A stretch of 64,000 bases of DNA, taken from an uncultured Planctomycetota bacterium (GTDB lineage: Bacteria; Planctomycetota; Planctomycetia; Isosphaerales; Isosphaeraceae). Below are positions 53,262-63,733 of the stretch, one piece after another; the first letter of the stretch is position 1; each line of letters starts with the position of its first letter. A model generated the notes under the pieces. That model had not been told where the DNA came from, made no database searches, and saw nothing but the letters and a program-made list of their open reading frames with translations. The stretch is taken from NCBI GenBank assembly GCA_963823665.1, contig CAWGMQ010000005.1:1632001-1696000 (forward strand). The letters run 5' to 3'. The translations under genes were made by a program, and so were the position numbers.

Positions 53262-56000
53262 TCACGCGCCGCCGCCTGTGAGCACGACATACATCGAGTC
53301 TCGGGGTAGCTCGAGCCGGAACACTCCCTTTGCGGGCGTCACCTCGAGAGCTCCGCGAGCGTTCCCGTTGGAGTCGAGCGGTATCGCAGTCCGCAGGCCA
53401 GGGTTCTTGACCGTCAGCCTGATTCTCGTCTCGAGCACCGCCCACGGCATGCTTCCGGTGCTCACGACCTGCTCGCCTTTGATCGTCTGCTTGCCGTCGT
53501 CGCTCTTGAACGTCGCCTCGCGCTCGACCCACCCCGTCGGCCTCGCCTGTGTCCCCACCTGCACGAGCATCTTCCGGCTCCGCTCGAGCGGCTCGCCGTC
53601 CAGCGAAACCACGAGCACCGACGCATACTCGTTCTGCGAATCGATCGTCACGCTGCTCGTCTCCACAACCCCGCGGTTCTTGAGAAAACCGCTCGCTCCC
53701 GCCGCGCACGGCGAGTCGATCGTGCACACGCCGCGCCCGTAGTCCCAGCGTATCTGCCCGGTGTTGCTCCGGATGACCCTCGCCTTCGGGTCGATGAACT
53801 TGCCCGGATCGACAACCTTCGCCTTCGCCGGCTGGGCGCTCCAATGAACCTTCACCGGCCCGACCAAGAATGCCAGGGGATCGATTCCTCGAGCAGCCGC
53901 CGATCGGCGTGCGGTATCACCGACGTCGCGATTCGGGTCGTAACCCGGATCTTCAGCCAGAAGGGGCGGGACCCGCTTCCAGATTTCGTCCAGCGAGCGA
54001 AACTCCTCGACGACACAGTTCCCTTCGTTCAAGTAGTGCTTCCGAAAAAGCAGCGCCGCCGCCGGAAACTGGCCGAGCACCATCGGATTCCCGATGGCCC
54101 ACTTGGCTCGCGAGGCACTATCCCACGGCGCCCGGTCCTGGTTCGACCACTCGGCCTCGCCGGTCCCGAACCAGTAAAACACATCCACACCCGTGAGTGA
54201 TTGATAGGTTGCGACCAGGAACGGCCCCTCCGACTGATAACCCAAGGGGGGCACCCAGTGACTCTCGCTCACGATCATTGGATGTCCCGCGGCTTGCCTC
54301 AAATTGAGCGGAAACTCTCGCGGACGGAGCAAAACCGACGCATCCTCAAATGTGTCGCCCGGGTTGATCCGCCATCCGCGGTCGGGACCGATATGCACCG
54401 GGCTGTAGTAGCGATTGACCGCGATCACCTCGTTGGCTGTGTACGACCATCGTTCGGCATCGTCGAGCTTGGCGGAGTCAGCCGTGCGCCAGTTGCCGGC
54501 GTTCAACAATTGCTTGCAGTCCAGGTCTTCGCGCAGGTAACGCTCACATTCTTGATTGAAGCGGTGCATCGTCTTCGCATAGAACTCGAGCTGGTCATCG
54601 AGCCTGCGCTTGCGGCCTCCTTGGCGGGCCTGCGTCCACTCCCACACAAGCAGCAGCCCCACGATCCCTTGGTCCGGCCGATCCTCCGGTACCTTTTCGT
54701 TCCTCCACGCCGCGAAGGCCGCCGAGAGCGATCCGTACTTCGCTTTGAGCCATTCGCCGAACTGCCGCCCGAGCAGCTCGGCCTGTTTGCCCTTGATACT
54801 CTGGGCCGTCCAGAACAGCAGACTGTCCTCGTTCTGAAGCTGGATGATCGCCAGGGCTGGGTCCTTGGCCAGTGGAATTCCTGTATACGGATTCGGGCGG
54901 CTCAGAAGCGCCTTGAGCCATGCCTTGTAGCCCTCCTGAAGCTTTGGATTGAAGAACAGCAAACCAAACGGCGCCTCGTTCTCCGGCCAGCCATCGATGC
55001 CCCATTGCGTGGGCACGTGCTTGACATTCGCCGACCAGTATGGGCTGATCGTGACATAAATCCCTTCCTTCTTCATCGCGGCGACGAGCTTCCAGGCCTC
55101 GTCGATTGCCTTCTCGTCCACGTCCGTGAGGCGAGCGTTTTTCTCCTTGGGATCCATGTGCCCGTGCAGGCGGACCATGTTGACTCCGCGCTTGGCGAGG
55201 AACCGAGCGTGATGTGCGAGTTCTTCTACGGTTCGATCGCGCTGAACGTAGGTCGTCACCCCCCAGAACCGCGCGGGTGTGCCATCGCCCAGCACAAAGC
55301 TTTCGCCATCGCGTGCCAGCCGCACGAACCCGCTCTGCCCCGCGATCTTCTCGTTGAGCCCGCGCAGATCAAGCAAGGCATCCGCGCGGAACCCATCACG
55401 CTCGGGCAGGAAGGGCCAGGTCCCTGCGGCGCTCGCGAGCTTCCCTCCCTGGCCCGGCTTCGATGTCCCGCCCGGTAGAAACGGCTCCGTGGTGAACACA
55501 AACGCGTCGAGCGCCCCGTGATGCTGAGGCTTGCTGTAGAACCGGAATCGAACGGTGTGGCGCCCTTGCGCGAGTGGAAACTCACCGACTTTCTTCCAGC
55601 CCAGGAACCGAAGGTCGGGCTTGCCGTCGGCGGCCAGATTGACGGTGTCGAGCACATCCGTGCTCATATCGATCGGCTTCCCCGGCGCCTTGTCGAGCGC
55701 AAAGTCGAGCGCGGCCTGAATCGGGTTGGCGCGGATCCAGAAGGCATATCGAGCCGCTCCGGGCACATCGAAGGCGTACTCGGCTTCGCCTTCTTTCTCT
55801 TCCGAGAAGTTAGAGATCCAATCTCCGCCGGAGAGCTGGTCTTTCTTGACCTGGTCATACCACCACGGATGCCGGTTCATGCTCGACCGAACCGGCCGCT
55901 CACCCTCGACCCAGATCGTTTGCGCAACCACGCCCGGCTGGCATACCGAAACCAGGACGAGGGCAGCCCATCCAAAACACGTCCGCGTTGACAATTTCAT
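53262..56000 (-). CDS. Large secreted glycoside hydrolase (clan GH-A-like) with N-terminal CBM-like domain
   Basis: Signal peptide; RFWGV, GVNMVRLH, NPYTG, IQLQNEDS and IVSE motifs. Confidence 0.75.
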   Translation of the reverse strand: MKLSTRTCFGWAALVLVSVCQPGVVAQTIWVEGERPVRSSMNRHPWWYDQVKKDQLSGGDWISNFSEEKEGEAEYAFDVPGAARYAFWIRANPIQAALDFALDKAPGKPIDMSTDVLDTVNLAADGKPDLRFLGWKKVGEFPLAQGRHTVRFRFYSKPQHHGALDAFVFTTEPFLPGGTSKPGQGGKLASAAGTWPFLPERDGFRADALLDLRGLNEKIAGQSGFVRLARDGESFVLGDGTPARFWGVTTYVQRDRTVEELAHHARFLAKRGVNMVRLHGHMDPKEKNARLTDVDEKAIDEAWKLVAAMKKEGIYVTISPYWSANVKHVPTQWGIDGWPENEAPFGLLFFNPKLQEGYKAWLKALLSRPNPYTGIPLAKDPALAIIQLQNEDSLLFWTAQSIKGKQAELLGRQFGEWLKAKYGSLSAAFAAWRNEKVPEDRPDQGIVGLLLVWEWTQARQGGRKRRLDDQLEFYAKTMHRFNQECERYLREDLDCKQLLNAGNWRTADSAKLDDAERWSYTANEVIAVNRYYSPVHIGPDRGWRINPGDTFEDASVLLRPREFPLNLRQAAGHPMIVSESHWVPPLGYQSEGPFLVATYQSLTGVDVFYWFGTGEAEWSNQDRAPWDSASRAKWAIGNPMVLGQFPAAALLFRKHYLNEGNCVVEEFRSLDEIWKRVPPLLAEDPGYDPNRDVGDTARRSAAARGIDPLAFLVGPVKVHWSAQPAKAKVVDPGKFIDPKARVIRSNTGQIRWDYGRGVCTIDSPCAAGASGFLKNRGVVETSSVTIDSQNEYASVLVVSLDGEPLERSRKMLVQVGTQARPTGWVEREATFKSDDGKQTIKGEQVVSTGSMPWAVLETRIRLTVKNPGLRTAIPLDSNGNARGALEVTPAKGVFRLELPRDSMYVVLTGGGA

Positions 56001-56173
56001 GGTGCCACATTCCCAGGAAGTCTCGCTCGCTCTAAACCATCCGTCACAACGCCATCATACATCAGTCGTTCCAAGAATCTTCTCGGAATCTTCGTTGGAC
56101 CCTTGGCCCGAGTCCGCGCATGAATCGAGACCCAGTTGCAATTCTCGCCTCACAAACGAAAGTTGAGGGCATC

Positions 56174-57346
56174 ATGCGTCGTCGTGGATTTACCTTGATC
56201 GAGTTGCTGGTAGTGATCGCCATCATCGCGGTCTTGATCGCTTTGTTGCTGCCGGCGGTTCAATCCGCGCGTGAGGCAGCGCATCGGGCGCAGTGCGTGA
56301 ACAACGAGAAGCAATTGTTGCTGGGCCTGTTCAATTTTGAGTCGGCCAATGGCACATTTCCCAAGGGTGTGAACGAGCCCTATCTGAACGGCCTCAATTA
56401 CAACACCGGCTCAGACGCCCTCGGTAGCGACTTTTCAGAGCCTTTCGGGCCCAACTGGGCAATCATGATCTTGCCCTACATCGATCAGAGCGCGCTTTAC
56501 AATTCCTCCAACGTGCTGGGATATCCCGGCTGGCCCGGCCCGTACGCGGTGGCGAACGCGACTACTGCACCGAATCAGAATTTATACAACATGGACTGGT
56601 GCAATACCACTGTTCGCTCGACCCAGATAAATGTGTTCATCTGCCCTACGGATCCCATGAACACTCCGTCAAACAATTTCTTCCAGCCGAGCGACCTCGC
56701 GCTCCTCGGAGCGCAGGGGATCTCGTATCCGCAGGATCAAGCCAAGGCAATTCCGCTCTTCAACTGGGCACGCGGCAATTACGCAGCGAATCAAGGGAAT
56801 ACCGATCCCGACCACCAGATCAACGGGATCGAAGACGCTGGTGCCTCGCCGAAGGCGTCAGGCCATGTCGGCTTGATGGGCGAGAATTTCGGGTCGACGA
56901 TTGCATCAGTGACGGACGGACTCTCGAACACGGCCGCCATCGTCGAGCTGCGAGTAGGGCTCAGCACGATCGACGTCCGTGGCGTGTGGGCGATGGGCCT
57001 GGGCATGGCTAGCCTGGGAGGTCATGCGAAGTCTTACAACCCGACACCGAACAATCTCAAGGGTTTCAATATCGCCCAGGGTTGCAACGACGGCGGTGAC
57101 GAGATGCAAGCCGGCCCGGCTCTGGGCTTACAGTTCCCAAACGCGGCTCAACAAGGCATGGGCTTCAACTGCGGCAGCGGCATGTATAACAGCGGTGGGC
57201 AGAGCCGGAGTATGCACCCGAACGGCGTGAACGTCGGCTTCGGCGATGGGAGCGTCAGGTTCATCAAGAACTCAATCTCGAACGCGGTCTGGATCGACAT
57301 CCTCGCCAAGGCCGACGGCGCCGTCTTGAGCTCTGACTCGTATTGA
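56174..57346 (+). CDS. DUF1559 prepilin-type N-terminal cleavage domain protein
   Basis: [54 protein letters not shown]. Confidence 0.95.
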   Translation: MRRRGFTLIELLVVIAIIAVLIALLLPAVQSAREAAHRAQCVNNEKQLLLGLFNFESANGTFPKGVNEPYLNGLNYNTGSDALGSDFSEPFGPNWAIMILPYIDQSALYNSSNVLGYPGWPGPYAVANATTAPNQNLYNMDWCNTTVRSTQINVFICPTDPMNTPSNNFFQPSDLALLGAQGISYPQDQAKAIPLFNWARGNYAANQGNTDPDHQINGIEDAGASPKASGHVGLMGENFGSTIASVTDGLSNTAAIVELRVGLSTIDVRGVWAMGLGMASLGGHAKSYNPTPNNLKGFNIAQGCNDGGDEMQAGPALGLQFPNAAQQGMGFNCGSGMYNSGGQSRSMHPNGVNVGFGDGSVRFIKNSISNAVWIDILAKADGAVLSSDSY

Positions 57347-57357
57347 TCGAAATCGAG

Positions 57358-57398
57358 CACGGCGGCTTGTCGAAACCACTTGTCGACCAGCCGCCGTG
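57358..57398 (+). other. Intergenic hairpin after the DUF1559 gene
   Basis: cacggcggct...agccgccgtg inverted repeat; no U-tract. Confidence 0.45.
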
Positions 57399-57449
57399 CG
57401 GTGTCACAGATTACTCCTTTATCACCTCTCTTGCCCTTGTGAAACTACT

Positions 57450-57926
57450 ATGCGTCGATCACTTGGACTGTGGATGATGCTCAGCGCCGCTTGCCTGGCC
57501 GGTTGTGGCGGTGACAGCATCCGGGTGACGGGAGTGCTTCTAAAAGGGGGGGAGAAGTACAATCCCCCCGAGGATCACAAGCTTGCGCTTTATTTCTATC
57601 CAGTGGCAGAAGGCGCATCGGGCAAGCCGACCGGGGATGTGGAAATGGCGGACTATGACGCCAAGGATGGCAGCTTCACGGTGCCAGGCCACGACGGCTA
57701 TGGCATCCGGCCCGGGAAGTATCGGATTGCCGTGGTTGAAACGCTCCGCCGCGAGGCACTCGACCAGTTAAAGCAAGGCAAGGCGCTCAAGGCCGGCCAG
57801 AAGAAGCGCATCGATAGAGAAACAAATCTACTTGACGACACCTTCGGCGAGCAGACCTCACCCTTTGTTCGCGACCTGAAAACTTCAACGAAGCTCACGC
57901 TGGACATGGCAAAACCGACGGAGTAG
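57450..57926 (+). CDS. Lipoprotein of the type that follows DUF1559 genes
   Basis: Lipobox LAGC; DGSFTV...GIRPGKYRIAV. Confidence 0.85.
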   Translation: MRRSLGLWMMLSAACLAGCGGDSIRVTGVLLKGGEKYNPPEDHKLALYFYPVAEGASGKPTGDVEMADYDAKDGSFTVPGHDGYGIRPGKYRIAVVETLRREALDQLKQGKALKAGQKKRIDRETNLLDDTFGEQTSPFVRDLKTSTKLTLDMAKPTE

Positions 57927-57948
57927 TCGGCTTCGGGAAACAATAACT

Positions 57949-58227
57949 CTAGCGACGGCGCTTGGCAGCTTTTCCGGGCTTGTGCCGCGCGTCGATGCGG
58001 TCGTCTTCCCTTGCCGGAAGATCCGGCACCTTGGCCAGAACGCGATCGAACGCTGATCGACTTCCGCGTGCGGCACGCTCATCCAGGTATTCCGCGGTCA
58101 AAAGCGCTGACATCTTCTCGGCCACCGCGGTTGCGATGAATTGATTGATCGACACACCTTCGCGCTCGGAAACGTCCTTCAATTGCTTGTGCAACGATTC
58201 GGGTAGTCGCAGGCTGAGCGTGCTCAT
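57949..58227 (-). CDS. Ribbon-helix-helix antitoxin-like protein
   Basis: STLSLRLPESLHKQLK...EGVSINQFIATAVAEK. Confidence 0.85.
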   Translation of the reverse strand: MSTLSLRLPESLHKQLKDVSEREGVSINQFIATAVAEKMSALLTAEYLDERAARGSRSAFDRVLAKVPDLPAREDDRIDARHKPGKAAKRRR

Positions 58228-58303
58228 CCGATCTCTCCGATAGACGCGAACGCAAGCCAGCTACGAGCACGTTCGTATCCAGGACGACCTTCGGCGCGTC
58301 CAT
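58228..58303 (-). pseudogene. PIN toxin remnant (first ~21 codons only)
   Basis: MDAPKVVLDTNVLVAGLRSR, followed directly by the antitoxin RBS. Confidence 0.7.
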
Positions 58304-58305
58304 TT

Positions 58306-58325
58306 CGGTATTATATGTGATACCG
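58306..58325. promoter_or_regulatory. Putative TA operator palindrome
   Basis: CGGTATTA-TATG-TGATACCG immediately upstream of the PIN remnant start. Confidence 0.55.
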
Positions 58326-58573
58326 TAATGACGACAAGGCCGTGCGTTTACCTCGGCCGCGAGCTGTTGCCTTTATCCGATGGTCATCACGCTGTGTTTG
58401 CCTGGTTCGGTGTAACGGAATCTGTCGCGATGGCAATCGCTGCATACGCGATTTCTGCCGTGATCACCAAGCCGAATGGCCGGAAAGAGTGGAGTGATGG
58501 ATCATACTCCCAATCGCGCCACCACCGCGGCTACAATCGTGTCGGTCAATCAGCAAGGAGGAGGTTAACCCCG

Positions 58574-58936
58574 ATGCCCAATTTTAAGGAAAGCCAAGTC
58601 GAAATCGGTGACCGTTACGTCGCCCTCTACCACGTCGTTTACCGTCACGAAGGCTTCGACCAAGCGGCCCAGGCGCTCTTCGCAATGGTGCGAAACGCTC
58701 AAACAAGGTGCCCGAACAAGCGACGCTCGCTCTTTCTCGATATCGAAGGTCATCGGAACGAGGAAGGCGGCTTTGACTCCGACATGCTCGAGCTTCAGGA
58801 GCACTTCCTGGTCGGCTTCCTCGGTCAGTTCCTCTCGGAGATTCATTGCCCGCTGGCTGACATGACGAGGGACAGCGGCCAAAACAACGACATTCCTGAT
58901 CGCCTTGATATTCGCGCATCAGCCGGTGAACAATGA
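58574..58936 (+). CDS. Hypothetical protein
   Basis: AGGAGGAGG RBS; globular-looking 120-aa ORF. Confidence 0.65.
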   Translation: MPNFKESQVEIGDRYVALYHVVYRHEGFDQAAQALFAMVRNAQTRCPNKRRSLFLDIEGHRNEEGGFDSDMLELQEHFLVGFLGQFLSEIHCPLADMTRDSGQNNDIPDRLDIRASAGEQ

Positions 58937-59061
58937 AGCTCGAGCTGCTTACCGACAACACACTCGAATGCCCCCTCGTGCGGCTATTTGACTATCAGCG
59001 CGATGGCAAGTGGTAGGACCTGCGAAGCTCGGGCTTTCCGTTTTTCCTGAGACTCGAGACC

Positions 59062-59415
59062 ATGAGCAACCCCATCTTCTACCGCAGCGCCTTGGCTCGC
59101 GACCTCACTCCGGAGGGCCGGGCGCTGTTCCAGTCATTGCTGGTCCGCACCGAACAAATCGACGCGCTCGCCGAGCCGCTGCCGGCTCAATTCCTGGCCA
59201 ATAGAACGCGAAGGGAGGGGAAGCCGGCGGCCCTGACCACATCCGCGAGAAAAACAATCAAATCCTTCGCCAAGGATTCCCGCATCGCCGCCAAAGAGTT
59301 GCCGGCCATGATCGCCAGTCTTCCGAGCGAATCCCTGCTCATCCGCGCCGCACTGGAGAACCGAGCGAACCGCCCTGTTGCTCGATCGAGCCGTTTACAC
59401 CGGCGGCCATCCTGA
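59062..59415 (+). CDS. Hypothetical protein
   Basis: ATG-started ORF in the same direction as its neighbours. Confidence 0.4.
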   Translation: MSNPIFYRSALARDLTPEGRALFQSLLVRTEQIDALAEPLPAQFLANRTRREGKPAALTTSARKTIKSFAKDSRIAAKELPAMIASLPSESLLIRAALENRANRPVARSSRLHRRPS

Positions 59416-59558
59416 AGATGAGGCGCTCGCGCGGCCGCTCATCGAGCTGAGGGCTCAGAACATTGCCGAACTGCAGGCGTTTCTCTCCCCATCGAAGCAT
59501 CAGTCGGCAGAGCAGGATCGTTAGGAATGCCAATGACCGTGACCGCGAGAAAGACCCA

Positions 59559-59753
59559 ATGTCTCGGGATAAGAGGCAAAAACGTGACCTCCACGCTTCG
59601 ACCGCCGAAGGCATGGTCCTGTGCAACCCACGCGACAAGGAGGCCGCTCACCGAGCCGAGATGGAAGGCATCGCCACGGATGATCGCGCTGCGGTAACCT
59701 GCCGGAAGTGCTTGTCACTGCTGTATTCGAGCGATAGAAAGCGCAGTGAGTAG
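59559..59753 (+). CDS. Small His/Cys (zinc-binding-like) protein
   Basis: DLH...VLC...VTCRKCL. Confidence 0.55.
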   Translation: MSRDKRQKRDLHASTAEGMVLCNPRDKEAAHRAEMEGIATDDRAAVTCRKCLSLLYSSDRKRSE

Positions 59754-59834
59754 CCCGCTTCGCGTCAAACTGAATGAGCGAAGACCAGCGAGCGAACGTA
59801 GAACACCAATTTCCGCGCTGCTCCGAGGCCCCGC

Positions 59835-60158
59835 ATGACGATCTCGTCGCGCACTCCGGAAGGGCTACCGCACCACTGCCCGATTTGTGGCCAAGAGTCT
59901 GCCTTGGAGCCATCGTTCCCGGGCGGTGACTCGACATGCCCGAGCTGCGGACACCTCCTCTGGTGGTTCCGCGATCGGCTCGGCTTCTGGACCGGCCTTT
60001 TGCCCTCCGACCTCAGCCTGGACTCACTCGATCTCGTGGAATTGATGATGGAACTGGAGGAACAATTCGGCGTCACCATTCCCGATGAGGCCGCGGAGAA
60101 TTTCACTACCGTTGCCGATGTGATACGCTACATCGTTGCTCATCGAGACGACACCTGA
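59835..60158 (+). CDS. Zinc-ribbon + acyl carrier protein fusion
   Basis: CPIC...CPSCGHLLW followed by [24 protein letters not shown]. Confidence 0.85.
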   Translation: MTISSRTPEGLPHHCPICGQESALEPSFPGGDSTCPSCGHLLWWFRDRLGFWTGLLPSDLSLDSLDLVELMMELEEQFGVTIPDEAAENFTTVADVIRYIVAHRDDT

Positions 60159-60297
60159 TTTCGGGTTGCGGCCGACCTTTCCGCAGAAATGGAGCATGCG
60201 GCCGTTTCCCACTGTTACAACTACAACGATGAGATCGACGCAGACATCGAGGAAAGAAAACATTCGAACTTGTGTGTCAGAAAGAGAAAGGTAAAAA

Positions 60298-60561
60298 GTG
60301 GCCGGTCGCGTTCCTCGGAATGAGTACCCTTGGTGGGTAAAGTTCAGCATGTGGGGCGTGCCCGGTCGCGCAGGCCTCTGGGCATTCGTCGCACTCTCCA
60401 TCGCGTGTGCCATCGGTTGCGTGCTCTACGGGCTCTGGGACCGGCGGTTCTTCCTCGGGAGCTTGTTCCTGTTTTCAGCGCTCATGTACTGGCTGAGCAT
60501 CCGATGGGTGGATCGTCATGGGTCTTGGAGCGACAACTGTGATGGAAGGGACTCACCGTGA
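60298..60561 (+). CDS. Small two-TM membrane protein
   Basis: Two hydrophobic helices; stop overlaps the argH start. Confidence 0.65.
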   Translation: MAGRVPRNEYPWWVKFSMWGVPGRAGLWAFVALSIACAIGCVLYGLWDRRFFLGSLFLFSALMYWLSIRWVDRHGSWSDNCDGRDSP

Positions 60562-61955
60562 CCAAAAAGCCATGGGGCGGCCGCTTTGTCGGGCAGACTG
60601 ACGCTCGGGTCGAGGCCTTCACCCAATCCATCTCCTTCGACAACCGGCTATTCAAGGAAGATATCCAGGCATCGATTGCGCATGCGCGAATGCTCGAACG
60701 TGTCGGGTTGATATCCCCGGACGAATGCCGGCAGCTCGTTGACGGGCTATTGCAAATCGAGAAGGACATCGAAGCTGGCACATTCGCCTGGAAGGCCGAC
60801 CTCGAAGACATCCATATGAATATCGAGGCGGCCCTCACCGAGAAGCTCGGCGATGTCGGTCGCAAGCTCCACACTGCAAGAAGCCGTAATGATCAGGTCG
60901 CGACCGATCTGAAGCTGTGGATCCGCGATGCACTCCGTCGCGTTGACGACCGACTCACCGCGCTTCAAACCGAGTTTGTCAGTGCCGCCACGCGCTATCC
61001 CCACCTGATTCTTCCGGGCTATACCCATCTTCAGCGTGCGCAGCCCGTTCTTGCCGCGCACGTTTTCCTGGCGTACGTCGAAAAGCTCGAACGCGACCGC
61101 TCGCGACTCGCCGACTGCCAGCGCCGGCTCAATGTGTTGCCTTTGGGCGCTGCCGCTCTGGCGGGAACCAGCTTGCCGATCGATCGGCACTTTGTTGCAC
61201 ACGAGCTCGGGTTTGACACCGTGGCGGCCAACAGCCTTGATGCCTCGAGCGACCGCGACTTCGTCGTCGAATCGGTGTTTGTGCTCACCATGATCGCCGA
61301 GCACCTTGCCGGCTGGGCTGAAGAGTGGATCATCTGGAGCACCCAGGAATTCGGCTTCCTGTCATTGCCCGACGCCATTTGCACGGGCAGCAGCATCATG
61401 CCCCAGAAAAAGAACCCGGATGTACTCGAGCTGATTCGCGGGCGGTCAGCACGTGTTGTGGGCGACTTGACGACATTGCTCGTGCTGATCAAGGGCCTTC
61501 CGCTGGCATATAACCGTGATCTCCAAGAAGACAAAGAACCGCTGTTCGACGCGTTTGACACGGTCGAGGCCTGCCTGGAGCTCGCCGCGGTCGCCGTGAA
61601 CGGAATGACGTTTCGAGTCGAGAAAATCGAAAACCAGCTCGACGAAGGCTTCCTCGACGCGACGACTGTCATGGAGTTTCTGATCGGGCGCGGCGTTCCT
61701 CAGCGCACCGCGCACGAGGTGATCGGCAAGCTCGTGGCCGAGTGCGATCGCCTCGGTCTGAAGAAGCTGGCTGACCTCTCCGATTCACAACTGGTTCAGG
61801 CCCATTCCGAGCTAAGGCCCTCCGTGCGGTCGATTCTCGGAGTAAGAAACGTAGTCATGGCCTTCCGATCGTACGGTTCAACAGCCCCCGAAGTAGTGAA
61901 GAAACAAACCAGCGAGTGGCAACAGCGACTTGCCACACGGCAGACATCAATATGA
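60558..61955 (+). CDS. argH: Argininosuccinate lyase
   Basis: WGGRF, HTARSRNDQ, PGYTHLQRAQP, GSSIMPQKKNPD, YNRDLQEDKE. Confidence 0.98.
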   Translation: MTKKPWGGRFVGQTDARVEAFTQSISFDNRLFKEDIQASIAHARMLERVGLISPDECRQLVDGLLQIEKDIEAGTFAWKADLEDIHMNIEAALTEKLGDVGRKLHTARSRNDQVATDLKLWIRDALRRVDDRLTALQTEFVSAATRYPHLILPGYTHLQRAQPVLAAHVFLAYVEKLERDRSRLADCQRRLNVLPLGAAALAGTSLPIDRHFVAHELGFDTVAANSLDASSDRDFVVESVFVLTMIAEHLAGWAEEWIIWSTQEFGFLSLPDAICTGSSIMPQKKNPDVLELIRGRSARVVGDLTTLLVLIKGLPLAYNRDLQEDKEPLFDAFDTVEACLELAAVAVNGMTFRVEKIENQLDEGFLDATTVMEFLIGRGVPQRTAHEVIGKLVAECDRLGLKKLADLSDSQLVQAHSELRPSVRSILGVRNVVMAFRSYGSTAPEVVKKQTSEWQQRLATRQTSI

Positions 61956-62260
61956 GCAAAACCCTATATCTGGTGTTTCGTGACCCCGGCCCGGCGTGGG
62001 TGCCAGGGCGATCGAGCCGCCAGCAGCCGCTCTGGGATGAGCACGCCGAATTCATGGATCGCCTTTTTGACCAGGGACGCATCGTCCTGGGAGGTCCCTA
62101 CGCCGACGCAAGTCGCGTGCTCATCATCGTGAATGCCGGCGATCGCGCGGAGGCGGGCACGCTGTTGCGCGACGATCCCTGGACCACCCGCGGCATTCTC
62201 GTTGATTCCGAAGTGATCGAATGGTCGATCTTCCTTGATTCCCGGCAGAAAACCGGATGA
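61952..62260 (+). CDS. YciI family protein
   Basis: EHAEFM...LGGP...DDPW; ATGA overlap with argH. Confidence 0.85.
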   Translation: MSKTLYLVFRDPGPAWVPGRSSRQQPLWDEHAEFMDRLFDQGRIVLGGPYADASRVLIIVNAGDRAEAGTLLRDDPWTTRGILVDSEVIEWSIFLDSRQKTG

Positions 62261-62311
62261 ACGCAAAGCGGCCGCGAGTGCGATCAGTCTCGCCCAAAAG
62301 GAACCTGCCGC

Positions 62312-62830
62312 TTGGATGACAATAATCCATACGAACCACCGGGCGAAGCCTTGACGATCTCCGTTTCAGACAGGAAGGGGAATCCGCGCGCTGGCGGGTT
62401 CACTTACGTGGCGTGGATCTTCGTCTTTGCCATCAACATGGCCGTTCCACTCCTTTTCAGCGCATCAGTGACCCAGCAGAATGGAAGAAGCGGCATGCTG
62501 ATCGGCACGCTGTTCCTGTTTGTGCTCGGTTGCTACATCTGCGCAGCCAATCGAAAGCTGGCCGTGGCGCTCCTTGCCGGCGGAGCAGTTGTGGCGCTCA
62601 CGCAGCTATTCCCGATGCTCCAGTTCATCGCCGGATCGATCGGCATGGGCGTCGGTCAAGCGCTCGGCCATGCGACGTTCCTCGGGGATGATAACCCACC
62701 CCGCGTCACCAGCGAATACGGGGGATTTGTGGTCACGTTCGTGACGGGGGGCGTTCTGATGGCCGGAAGTTTATGCACGGGCATTTTGCTCCAATTGGTC
62801 AGGCGATTCCTCCGTCGGCCGCACCGCTGA
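62312..62830 (+). CDS. Hypothetical membrane protein
   Basis: NPYEPP motif and four hydrophobic segments. Confidence 0.7.
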   Translation: MDDNNPYEPPGEALTISVSDRKGNPRAGGFTYVAWIFVFAINMAVPLLFSASVTQQNGRSGMLIGTLFLFVLGCYICAANRKLAVALLAGGAVVALTQLFPMLQFIAGSIGMGVGQALGHATFLGDDNPPRVTSEYGGFVVTFVTGGVLMAGSLCTGILLQLVRRFLRRPHR

Positions 62831-63373
62831 GTTCGGTTGCGACTTGGGAAGTATCGCTGGCTCCTGGATTGGGTGCTGGTGAATTGTGTGGGCCATCGCT
62901 TGCTGGACCTTGACGAAGAGCGCCGGCTGGTCGCCCTGCTCGATCCGGAGGAGCCGGGCACGATCGGATTCGCCCAAGGCGAGCTCCCCCTGCCTTCGCA
63001 TCAATCCGCGACCGCCTTTTCGACGAGCAAAAGACACCGGCAAGCAGCCAGTTTCCCACGGACTACATCTTCGACATACCCGTCGAGCTGGCGAAATCGG
63101 TAACAGGGTACCGTCACGATGAAGACACCCCGGGACTCGCGGCGAACTCGTTCGATGTGCTCGAGCATCGTGGCCCACTTAGCCTCGTGAAGTCTCTCTT
63201 TTGCCGTTTCTTCCGTCCGTGAATCACTCGGACTTTCATTCTTGCGGTTGGGGACCTTGATATTCGGCCTGCCGAGTGCGATCATCAGCGGAGCGATGGT
63301 GTGGCTCGGGCAATCGACCGCACGATGTTGACGTTGCGTCTCGAGCCGCCAGGTACGCCGGGTGCTCAATCCG

Positions 63374-63733
63374 ATGAGAACGATCACTTCTTTGGGAATC
63401 GTGTTCATCACTGTCGGCCTGTTTTCAGTCTTACAGTGTGCTTATATATGGGCCGGCCAAGCCCCGCCCGATAGCTTCGCGCAACTGGGATCCATCGCAT
63501 TCGCACTGGGATGCGTGGTCTGGGTGGTGGCGGACGCGCATAAGCGGCGCAAGACCCCTTGCTTTGACTTCGGGTTTCTCGTTGCCGTATTCTTCCCGAT
63601 TTCGCTCGTTTGGTATGTCTTCTGGTCGCGAGGAGCGCGCGGAATCCTCTTGCTCGGTGCCATGCTCGGCCTGATGCTGATACCGTGGCTATCGGCAATC
63701 GTCGTTTTACTCCTCCGGTACGGTCTGGCGTAA
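63374..63733 (+). CDS. Hypothetical membrane protein
   Basis: Four hydrophobic segments; WVVADA...FDFG...YVFWSRG. Confidence 0.7.
   Translation: MRTITSLGIVFITVGLFSVLQCAYIWAGQAPPDSFAQLGSIAFALGCVVWVVADAHKRRKTPCFDFGFLVAVFFPISLVWYVFWSRGARGILLLGAMLGLMLIPWLSAIVVLLLRYGLA

Noticed and set aside
62771..63411. Overlapping ORFs on both strands
   Set aside because: No recognisable motif; the coding frame could not be decided.
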